Assembly (NCBI GenBank): GCA_977862235.1 | Contig: OZ374560.1 | Span: forward strand, 2,790,001 to 2,854,000 | Source: Dudresnaya verticillata | Lineage: Eukaryota | DNA length: 64,000 nt | Reading direction: 5' to 3' | In this document: positions 47,047 through 57,019 of the stretch, piece after piece | Layout of the letters: each line of letters opens with the position of its first letter | Position numbering within the stretch: position 1 is the stretch's first letter | Position numbers and translations under genes: made by a program | Notes under the pieces: model-generated | The model's input: only the letters and a program-made list of their open reading frames with translations | Told to the model about the DNA's origin: nothing | Database searches by the model: none

Positions 47047-49694
47047 CTGGAAGATAGCGAATATTGTTATACAGGCGATTGAGCTGAACCAGGGGCATAA
47101 GCAGCGCCTGAAAAGGTGACGGGTAATGACAAAAACGATAAACAAGCGCGTTGGACTTCTGCCAGAACACAATACAGGAAACGCTATTTCTCTACGGAGC
47201 GAGAGAGAGACCTTTCTCTACGGCGTTAGAATATTTGTGAATATTTGTCATGTCGTTTCTGTGCTTGTTTCAGGATGGGTAGTATTGATGAGAGCTCATC
47301 ATCTCTAAAGAGACAAGTGTCACAGGAGGTGAAAGTGCAACGTACCTTGTGGGTGTAGAAAAGATGTTTAAGACAAGAGCCCAACTTTTATGCTGTGTGC
47401 TAAGTGTTGTGAATCGCAACTACTATTTTTGATAACCACAACTCGAATCAAATGAATCGCAACTACTATTTTTGTTAACCACCCGCCCGCGGAGGCGGAC
47501 GGGTGGTGCAGTGGTTCGCCGCTGCGCGGTCGATTCCGGGAAACCGAGTTCGACTCCCGCCAGGTCCCATGGTTCTACATTTTCAAGGATTTTTCCCCAC
47601 TGGGGTTGTTTGCCGATTCTTCTCATGGAGCCGGCTGGACTGCCTCCAGATTACGGGTGTAAGCCCGTCAGTAGATAGCTGGTTGGTAGGGCGTGTGCCT
47701 GCATATGGGCCTTAGTCGCCCGCGCAACTGCGCACGTTAAAGACGCAATAAAAGTACAACATCACAACCCGTATCAATAGAACAGAATGACATTTCGAGG
47801 AACGAAGAGGACCATGTAGGAGGAGACGGAAGCAGCGAGAGCTCCCAGGGTGAACGGTTACGTCTGCCACCGTCGGAACGTTCCAGCAAATTCATGAGCT
47901 CCGTTGCGGTTTGGTACATACCGCACACAGCCGCCACCCACACTGATACACCCACTCACCGATCCATGCGTGCCGCCACTCGTCCCTTCGAGCTGCTAAC
48001 AGCATATACGGGATTTTGCGTCTCAGGAGACGAGAAACTGTCTAAACATCTCACGTGGAAGTATCTTTCAAACCCACTGGGACGAGGTCGTCGCCCTCGA
48101 AGCGAATTATGTTCCAGACCGTACTCATCGGCAGTCTGGAGACCAAAAGCATTAAAGAAAGTGTGGCGAATACGATGGCCATTGCCCGTCTCGCGCATGC
48201 GAGCGGCCATGTTCTCACCACCGGCCTGTCCAAACAGTTTGTAGGCTCTGCCTTGCTGTTCACACTTGCTCGCCCTGGAAGCTGAAGTGAGAGCCGTCAA
48301 AGCCAAACATGTCTGGATTCTTCGAGGCGAAAGCCATGCAGAAGGCCCGGATGCCGATGCTCTTAAAGTCGCATTCGTAGTGGAGCACGGCGTCAATTTG
48401 CAAGGGGACAATCTGCGTACTGATTCAGCAGGAGAAGGCACACGGGTGGTCGCCAGCGTAGGGGTCCGTGAGGCATCGCGCTTTCGGCTGGTCGCGGCAC
48501 GCGTTTTCCGTGGCGCGGCGTTCGGTGAAAGTGGCCAGCCGGGTGAAGGCAGGCTGTCAAGTGCACGAGCAGCTACTAGTGTGTCGGGTGCGGGCGGTCC
48601 CCCACAGCAAATATACTGGGACAAGGAGGTAAAAGAAACAATCGATAGGGGGGTGTCGTCCATCTTCTCTGTGGCGGTGGTCGTGGGTGCTGGTTGGCGT
48701 AAAAAGGTGAGTGCGAAGCGAGGTTGGTTCTTGTTCTTTAATAAAGGTCTCTCCTCCTCGGTTGAAAGTGGTACATACGGGCTGCAGCAAGGACGAGATT
48801 CGTGTTTCGTTTTGCTGTTTGTCGACGGGGAGATCTTTTCGGAAGGCAGTACGGCCATTAACAATAATGGGTTAACGCGGAAACAATAACAAGAGTGTTT
48901 TGTAAGCACTTTCAAGCCATCTTCTGACTCCGCCTGGGTTCTATGTATAGCCTGCACCTTGGTACGATCTCAAATGTTCAACAACCAGCCTTGTAAATAT
49001 AGACAGGACACCGAGCTGAGCTTCGATGTCAATAGACAAGGACGAAATAGAAATCAGACACACTACCGGTAATAAAGCAAGCAACAACCTGGCAGTAATG
49101 GCACACACCCGCGACATTTCCACGGCCTTGTTCTTCCACGGTCGCCATATTCTGTTTCTCTGTACAGAAACCGCATACCTAATCACACTCGACTCGTTCT
49201 ACCGGCCAGATCTTGATCGCACAGGATTTTAATAGTCTTAACTCGCAAACTCGCGAGGTACAAGATGTTTATTAGTATTAACTTGCAAACTCGCGAGAGA
49301 ACTTTTCTGCTGCTCTTGTTGCAAACTGAGTATGGGTCTCTCCACGGACATCGTTCCGAACACCGATATATCCTGTCACTTTCGCAAGTGTCTCCATTAC
49401 CTCCATCACTGGAACCTTCTTCTGCCGTTCGTGGTCGAAAAAGTGATTATCTTCAAATACACGCCGAAACCGTTCGTCATACGGAAGCTGCTTGTTCTTG
49501 CAGTCTTCCACCTGGAGTTGGTAGAAAAGCGGGAATAGTGCAGGTGACTGTGGTCTCTGCTTTCGCTCGAGAAATTCTGACAGCTCCAACATCGGCCACT
49601 TGCGAGCCACAAATGACGGCGAAAGAATGAAAGCGGCAGCCTTACTGCCGCGAATTGCCGCTCGAATTTGCTCTTCGTTTGTACGTTCCGAAAC
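47047..49694. repeat. Segmental duplication, copy 2; includes the VWD-like pseudogene (about 48000-48663, minus)
   Basis: Matches 8457-10864 apart from the SINE insertion and small indels. Confidence 0.95.
47483..47765 (+). mobile_element. tRNA-derived SINE (283 bp)
   Basis: A box TGGTGCAGTGG (47504), B box GAGTTCGACTCC (47546) and a LINE-like tail ending AATAAAAGTACAACATCAC. Absent at the paralogous site 8891; CAC on both sides. Confidence 0.85.
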
Positions 49695-52600
49695 CTTCAA
49701 ACTCTCTTCATCCAAAAAACACCGCAATCCCATTGCTTCCAATGCATTACGTAGCGGGTAGGCAACGGATCTCTTTTCCGGGCCTGCGTGGCTAATAAAG
49801 ACATCATACGGAGTTACTGAGTCTTGTAGTTCAAAATGATCGTGGCTTGATCCCTCAGACACACCCTCAAGAATATGTAACTTCAGTTGTCCATAGTTCC
49901 ACAGTTGATTGCAATAGCATTTTCCTTCTGCCTCATCGAGTGCCTGACATTCTTCAGTCGAAACCCATGTCTGAGGTATTGACAACAACACACTTTTGGA
50001 GCCGCCGCAACCCCCCTGGATGCTCGAAGGGCAATCAGTAACTAGAAAATGATTCCGAGCTGCGTTGCTTCCGTGCGGAGGTCTTGTCAAAAAATCTTCC
50101 ATAGCTTTCAAACATTCTTGAGCCACCTTCATTGCTGAGACGGCATCGCACCTGATCGTCCACACAATCCATCTTTTCTTAGGAACGAAGCAAACAACAA
50201 CGCGGCAAGTCCCCTTCAGAGAAAGAATTACAGCATCTTGGCGAAGTTCCGGTGGCTTTGTTCGCTCTCCTCCGATAGTGCGATGAAGGAATGCAACAAA
50301 GTAGCCCTCCAAGCCAGGGGGAATGGCATCGTCAAAGATGGTTCTCAAAACAATTTCGCACTCTCCTTCTTTCGTAGGGCACTGGAATCCCTCCCAACCT
50401 TTAGCAAGCAACGACGGGATCCCGACTAGCTCCTTCCGCTCACCACCCTCCGTCTCTGTAGAGTGCAAACGCATAAGAATGCCAAACCGGCACAGAATGT
50501 CAAGCATCACATCTCGAACAGGAGGTAGGTATTTACACCACAATTCATCCAGTCCCTTTCGTGGGATCAACCCTTTCTCGTAACTTTCTGCTTCATGCTG
50601 TCCCAAAGTTTGTAAACTCCTTTCGAACTCTTTCGCTTCTTCTTCACCCAGCCGTTCTCGCATAAGTTCCGCTGGCCCCGTGACCTGCCGAATAAAGTCC
50701 AGAATTACGCTCGGATCTGGAAACACATACCATCCCTCGCCCATCTGAACTTCGACGATATGCCCTTGTTGACCCTGGAATTGGACGCATTTCTCAACGT
50801 CGGCTTCTCTCTCCTCCTTGTCACTAGAGAATCCGGGAAGTCTGGCAGCTTGGCTCTGAACTTCTGTCATTAACAGAAAGACTTTTTGGCTTTCAGTGGA
50901 GTGCGATAAAATGGCTTCCCTGAGGGCAGCCCACCGAACTGGAACCTCTTCCCTTCCGTCAAGAATGTCTTCACTTGCTTCCTTGATTCTTTTCTCTAGT
51001 TCCACAACGCCTGACCCGGCACGGTCTTGTTCAGCACTGCTGTTCTTGTTCTCGATGGCAACCCACCGACACTTGTATTTGTCGACATCGCCCTTCTCAC
51101 GTACCCAGTCATCGTAGACAGCCCTTCCGAGATGCTTTCGCAGTTTTTGTCGCAGCTGCTGAAACAAGTCTTCAGGGCTTTCAACTTCTGCCTTCCTGGT
51201 TCCCACCAGGATCACCCAAACGTTTTTCGGGGTTTGCGAAGACGCATGTGCCATTTGCATCCAGTTGCATAGTTCTAACACTTCGTCCTCTTGGGTGACT
51301 TCTGACGCAAACCTTTTCAGATCTACCTCGAAAACAAAAATGGAAGCGCGGCGGATGAAGATTGCGGGAACACTGAGGTACTCTGCCTGACCTCCAAGGT
51401 CCCAGCATTGCACCAACGCAGCTCGATTATCCGCAGGTAATGCGGCACCCATGAGCCCTAGCCGTGCTACTTCCCAAATGGGAGACGCTTGGGAGTTTAT
51501 AGACTGCGAAGCAGCAATGCTGGGCGGAGCTGGTGGTTGTTGAGCAGTGGTATGGCTGCTTGCCAATGTGTCTCCACTCTGGGGAACGGTCCTCTTGGTC
51601 GGAGGAGCTCGGTTGCGCCAAGTGGGGAGTTTAAGGCGGAATCTTGCGGTGGATTTTTCACTCGGCCGCGATGATGCATCAGTTGCCGTGGGCAGCCGGA
51701 ACAATGTAGCTCTTGACATGAGGGCATGCAAGGCCTCACTGTTGAAGGCGAGCTGGTTGACAATGTCATCGTCCAACTTGGGGCCGCCGGGGACGACAAG
51801 AGTGCGACTCAGCGACACAAAGTGTGTCGGCTGGTGGGTGGCAACGAAGGGCATGGAGCGCAGGCTCCTTACCGTGCTCGTCTTTCCGCGTGCCGCACCG
51901 CCGAGAACAAGAAGAAAGCACTGCCGTGGCTTTGCTGTGGCGGTCTTGAGGGTGTTTTCAACAAGTGTGCTGGTGTCACCGATGCGGTTAAGAAGATATT
52001 GCGACCGGCTGCCGAAGACTTTAAGCTCAAGAGGCGTTACCTGTTGATGCGCTACTTGTTGATGCAGTTGGGCTGCTGTTTGCTCATCGCTAGCAACACC
52101 GACATCTCCGCGGGCAAGCAATGTGGCGAGCTCATAGAGTGCGACGCGGGTGCGATGGAGTTCGATTGAGCGTTGGAAGAGGTTCTTCGCGCGCGGCGGA
52201 TCGCGCGCGTCTCCGATATGATTGGACAAAAGCGCTTGGCCCAACCAAACCATATAAATTGGGGCCCTCTCGTGACCGCTGTCGCAGGCGCGTTGGAGCA
52301 GTTCGACGCCGCGCGGAACGTCTCGCGGAACATCGATTTCGCCGCTCAGCAGCAATTTGCCCAAATTGGACATTGCGATGACATTTTCGCCCTCCGCGAT
52401 GGCGCGGTCGTACAGCGCAGCGGCGCGCGGAGCGTCTTTGGCGACGCCGTCGCCGGTTGCGAGGAGAAGGCCCAAATTGACCATTGCGTCCACATTCGCA
52501 AACTCTGCAACGGCTCGTTCGAACAGCGCTGCCGCGCGCTTTGTGTCTTTGACAAAATGGCGCCGTCCGATATGGAGACGCGCTCCGAGTTTGCGCAGCG

Positions 52601-52892
52601 ACACCCCGCGCGGATCTCGCGCGTTGGCGCGCTCGACCAGCTCCGCGGCGCGGCGCTCGTCCTTGGGCACTCCCTCGGCTCCTTCCTTTAGCAACAGTGC
52701 AAGGCCATGCCGCGCTTCGTCATGGTCGCCCTCATCAATCGCTCGCTCGAGCAAGGCGACGGCTCGCAAAGGCAGAACGGGCCCTCCATCTGATGCGTCC
52801 CAAAACGCAAAGGCGAGTGCAACCATGTCGTGGACGTCGGCATTGTCGTCGATAGCTTGGCGAAGGGCACGGCGCTGCGGTGTGGCATCCAT
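49278..52892 (-). CDS. Sel1-repeat/ROC/COR/TIR protein, copy B (1204 aa, intronless)
   Basis: ATG at 52892 (MDATPQRR), Sel1 repeats, P-loop GGAARGKTS, WDLGGQ, VGTRK, COR (VPVRW...GHI...PSLL) and TIR YDVFISHAG...FLDEESL...FILSPSF...WPMLEL. Confidence 0.93.
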   Translation of the reverse strand: MDATPQRRALRQAIDDNADVHDMVALAFAFWDASDGGPVLPLRAVALLERAIDEGDHDEARHGLALLLKEGAEGVPKDERRAAELVERANARDPRGVSLRKLGARLHIGRRHFVKDTKRAAALFERAVAEFANVDAMVNLGLLLATGDGVAKDAPRAAALYDRAIAEGENVIAMSNLGKLLLSGEIDVPRDVPRGVELLQRACDSGHERAPIYMVWLGQALLSNHIGDARDPPRAKNLFQRSIELHRTRVALYELATLLARGDVGVASDEQTAAQLHQQVAHQQVTPLELKVFGSRSQYLLNRIGDTSTLVENTLKTATAKPRQCFLLVLGGAARGKTSTVRSLRSMPFVATHQPTHFVSLSRTLVVPGGPKLDDDIVNQLAFNSEALHALMSRATLFRLPTATDASSRPSEKSTARFRLKLPTWRNRAPPTKRTVPQSGDTLASSHTTAQQPPAPPSIAASQSINSQASPIWEVARLGLMGAALPADNRAALVQCWDLGGQAEYLSVPAIFIRRASIFVFEVDLKRFASEVTQEDEVLELCNWMQMAHASSQTPKNVWVILVGTRKAEVESPEDLFQQLRQKLRKHLGRAVYDDWVREKGDVDKYKCRWVAIENKNSSAEQDRAGSGVVELEKRIKEASEDILDGREEVPVRWAALREAILSHSTESQKVFLLMTEVQSQAARLPGFSSDKEEREADVEKCVQFQGQQGHIVEVQMGEGWYVFPDPSVILDFIRQVTGPAELMRERLGEEEAKEFERSLQTLGQHEAESYEKGLIPRKGLDELWCKYLPPVRDVMLDILCRFGILMRLHSTETEGGERKELVGIPSLLAKGWEGFQCPTKEGECEIVLRTIFDDAIPPGLEGYFVAFLHRTIGGERTKPPELRQDAVILSLKGTCRVVVCFVPKKRWIVWTIRCDAVSAMKVAQECLKAMEDFLTRPPHGSNAARNHFLVTDCPSSIQGGCGGSKSVLLSIPQTWVSTEECQALDEAEGKCYCNQLWNYGQLKLHILEGVSEGSSHDHFELQDSVTPYDVFISHAGPEKRSVAYPLRNALEAMGLRCFLDEESLKVSERTNEEQIRAAIRGSKAAAFILSPSFVARKWPMLELSEFLERKQRPQSPALFPLFYQLQVEDCKNKQLPYDERFRRVFEDNHFFDHERQKKVPVMEVMETLAKVTGYIGVRNDVRGETHTQFATRAAEKFSREFAS

Positions 52893-53761
52893 GCCGGCAG
52901 GAGCGCGCGGTCGAGCGGGTGGAGACGGTTGGAGATGGGATGGTTGGGGTGTGTGTGTCGGGAGCGAGTGCGACAAGCGCACGGCGCTATTTATGCCGCG
53001 ATGAAAGTTGCGAGTGGGACGGCGGGAGGTGTTGCAGCGCGGCGTGGGCGGCGGTGTGCCGCGTGGCGGAGCTGTTTGGAGCGGATGTTGTAAAAGTCGA
53101 AAGGCGCGTTGTCACGTCAGAGCACAGTGCCCGTGTATTTGGCGCTTGCGCCGATTGGCGCTCTGCGAGATGTTTCGGCCACGCACAAACGTCGTCATCG
53201 CTACAGCCCTTACAACAGAGTCGCGAGCCATCCTTCATCGCTTCGCGAGCTTCGTGCGGAACAAGACCTGCTCCCCGCGAGCCGACTCCGGCCGTGTCCG
53301 GCCATGTTTTTCTGTCGGCGTCCTGCACGCCCGAGGTCTGAGGTGTTGGACATGAGGCGCTGGCCTAGTGGCCTGTGACGCGGCTACGGAAGTCATCCAA
53401 CGGGCGGCGCATTGCCGGTTGTTGGCGGAGGCGGTTGTCGTGTGCTGCGCGACGTGCGATCTCCCATCTCTTTTTGCCACGCAGCAGCCGCGTCTGTATG
53501 CCGGCGGATGTTGTAAAAGTCGGCAGGCGCGTCGCGTCGTTCATCAGCGGCTGTATGCTGCGGATGCGCATCACTGTATTTCTACATCTGCAGCATCTTT
53601 GTCCCACCGCAAGTGCACCTCGCACGACAATGACGACAAACACAGCTCTCAACGCGACTCTCTCTCTCGATGGAAGCGCACTCGGCGATGCGCTGCCGCC
53701 GCCGACCGACCATGCAATGCGCGCGAGGTGTTGTTTCTTTATTGGTGTGGTCGCATAGCGT

Positions 53762-54600
53762 CATTCCTTGTTATAAGAATGCTTCGGTAAAAGAACAAGC
53801 CTTCCGTCCACCGATCCGGTTCCTTTGAAATCAGCCAGTACAGCTCACGTATGAGGGCCACATTCCTCGATAGCTGCTCGTGCACCTTTTACTGCCCTCC
53901 CGAATACCTATCGCGGTACTCGCTTCACCCCGGAGGAATGGATTACCGCGTGTGATATCCGCTTGGGCAACCCGGTTTTTACCGGCACTACTCGTTGTCC
54001 CCACTGTGTACTCACGCGGGGCGTGACGCAAGCTCCTCTACTTGATCCTCGCGGGAAACATGCCATCATCCGCGCTAGGCGCGAAGGTGCTATCCGGCGT
54101 CATAACACCTTACGCGATGCTCTAGCCAACGAATTCCGCCAGTTGGGCCTACGCCCTATCTATGTCGAATACTCGTTTCTCGCCGAACGTCATCTGCCCC
54201 CTACTTCTCGTCGCCGTATGGACGTGGTGGTTCCTATATCTGCCTTTAGCCCCCGCCCTCAGGCCTTTGACGTTACGGTGGCAGCCCCGTTTGCTGCCAA
54301 TTACTGCACTGCCGCCTCTCGCTTGGGTGGGGCAGCGGCGACGCTCGCTGAAAGGCCCAAAAGAGCGCATTACCAAGATCTACTCGACAGCGAGGGAATG
54401 GATTGGCCGCTTTACGTCCGAACAGAGAGGGAGTAACCCTTCGGACGAAACGCAAGCACTCACGAATCGCATTGTATCTCATCTTCTCCGCTTTCAGGCG
54501 CTGGCGATCAATCGCCGTCGTCTTGCCCTTCAGGTAGGTCCTTGCGTAGACGGGGCGACTTAGCGCCCTTCCAACCCTACCATAAAGGTCCCCATCTCTC
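53762..54600 (+). mobile_element. Truncated non-LTR retrotransposon with restriction-like endonuclease (CRE/R2-group-like)
   Basis: CPHC...HA...RRHNTLRD...RRMDVVV...FDVTVAAP...AAATLAERPKRAHY, then in another frame QALAINRRRL. This is the zinc-knuckle + RHN + (P)D..D + KxxxY layout of RLE domains. Confidence 0.8.
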
Positions 54601-57019
54601 CCATCTCTCAGAGCAGTGCACGTGTAGTGTATTTGGCGCTTGCGCGCGCTCCGCACGCGCCGCCATCCGACAATCATCCGCGGCGCCCATCGATCACAGT
54701 CCCATCGTCACCTCGCGCCGCCGCCGCTGCAGCATTCTGCCGACACATCGCTACATCACGCGCTGCACCACGCTCGCCCCCCGCGGACGCACAGCACATC
54801 ACATCCACAGAACTGGCGGTGCGCAGCAGGACAATGATACCTCGTCCCTCCCCTCCGCCGCGGCAGCAAAGCAGACCCACAAAAGTGTCTAAAAAAGCAT
54901 TCCAATCTCCAATCGCATCGCCAACGCGTCAGCCCCTTACTCCATGTCGATACCGTTTTGGCGGTAGTGGTGCTCTTTAATTGATGGTTGTAGCTGTGTT
55001 GGTGGAGGTACGTAGTTCGGTAACAATACTCTTTGGCTGAAGCACTTACTATGTTTCGCTCAGTGAAGGCACCCCGCCCTCTCACCCCAAAAAGCAGTAT
55101 TGCGCCCCGCCCCGTACGCAACACAGCAGGAGAGTCAGAACGCTCAAACCGACGTCATCGCTACGGCCCTTACAACAGAGTCGCGAGCCTTCGTTCATCG
55201 CAGCGCGATGCACGCGTATTTGGGGCTTGTGCGGATTGGCTCACTGTGGGATCTTTTGGCCACACCCAAACGTCGTCATCGTACAGCTGAACTCAGTCGC
55301 GCAATCCCATCCATCATCCACCGCAACCGTCAGCATTTCGTGCCCACCAAGCCACCTCGAGCTGCGCTCAACTCTGCCCGTGTTGCGCAGTCTCGCCGTC
55401 ACACCTGCTGCCGCGCCAGACATCCCGACCACGCCTACCGCCGCTCTGCTCGCTGCAACCACCCGGCGAATCGCCCCCCTCGCTCCCATTGTACACTCAC
55501 ACCCCTTGTTGTCCGTTGTCCTTGGCAGCAAGACTTGCTCGCTGTGGTGCACTCGCACACCATCGCGCCCCAGCCCGCGCCACTATGTTATTCGCTCCAG
55601 GTGTTGCATACGCTGTTTGACAATGTGCGTACTGGACATCTACGGACGTCCGCTGAACCAACGCCGTCGGTATTGCGCGGATTGTGAACAGTTGTGCATA
55701 CCTGGTGTCGCAGTTGGCCACAGCAGACGAAACATACAAGCGGTCCCCCATCTACTGCCTCGTATCGTTGCGTATCGGGAGAAGCGAGCCCCCTTTGGCT
55801 ATATTGCCCACTAACACCGATGTCTCCACCGACAGGCATCGGAAATGTCAAAGTTCCAGCTAGCGCGGGGAGGAAGCAAGGCGGCACGAGGCGAGGATCA
55901 CAATGTTTGCATGGCCGCTCACCGCCTCGATCGCGCAGTATCCCTGCACCGTGCTCACGCCTCCCTCGCCCACGGCATCCGTCTCGCTGCGCTGCTCTGC
56001 ACCCGCATGGATGGCCTCACCGCGGCGATGGATGTGGGGCACGGTGCACCTCTCACGCAAGGTGCTGGGAGAGGGTACGCCGGGCTCGAAGAACGCGCCG
56101 GGGATTCACCGTGGCGGCGGGGTGGGGCTGTTCAACTGTAGCTTGGACGACCGCGTGGCGCTCCGATGCGTCTACTGCGTCGAGTACGGCGACGCGCAAA
56201 TACCGGAAGACACCGGGGGAGGCAGCGTGCCGTGCGTGTTCGAGCTGTCCGCCCCTGCCGGGGTTCGCGCACGGGGTAGCACACCGCGTGTGATAGGCAC
56301 TGTTTGGGACTCCGGCCGCACCGGTAACGGAAAAAGCGTTCTTCGAATCACTTGTCGATCGACTACGATGACGATACGTTCAGTGACGGCGGGATGCTAT
56401 CCACAAGGGCTGCAGGCAATAACATTGCAAACACAAATGCAATAAGCAGCATGTTGCACCAATTCTCTCCCCTTCGGCAATAGGTATTGCAATATACAAT
56501 GTCACTGCAACAACAATTGCAATTGTAATTACGAGCCCGACAGCCCTGGCACTAACGGCAAAGCGGTTCACTCCCACTCCTTCCCATCGCCCTTCCACGT
56601 CTTCTGCTTGCCATACACGAACCCCGCCGCGTACGGTGGATTGCTGCCGGCTTCGCAGACAATGCGTCCGGGCCTTTTCCTGCACCAGCAAGTCGCGATG
56701 CCGGACATCCGTTCGCCCCAGGCGTGACTTACGCACTCTGTGTTATGCTCCCGTACCAGCCGCCCTTCACAGCTCCCCAGTCTCGCAAAATCAATGAAGT
56801 AGGTGCGGTGCACAGGCCGTGCGCCGTTGTGCGTCATGGAAGAGGCAGCAGGTGGAAGGGATGGGATGGGCGAGGGCCATCGAGAAAAGAAGGCGGCGCA
56901 CCGAATATGTAATACCTATTGTGTCGTCATGAGCTGCGTCGCAATAATGATTGCTGCAGGCAGTAAACGATGAGATATTTTAAACGGCAACGACAAACGT
57001 ATACTATGGACAAACTCAA

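Noticed and set aside
47500..47570. Functional tRNA gene
   Set aside because: A and B boxes are present but there is no proper acceptor or anticodon stem. It is the head of an insertion absent from the paralog.
52893..52982. 30-aa N-terminal extensions of the receptor ORFs from GTG starts (also 60980-61069)
   Set aside because: Non-ATG starts lying between the TATA-like box and the conserved ATG, so probably 5' UTR.
55620..56320. GC-rich overlapping ORFs between copies B and C
   Set aside because: No recognisable family in any frame; at best a decayed gene fragment.
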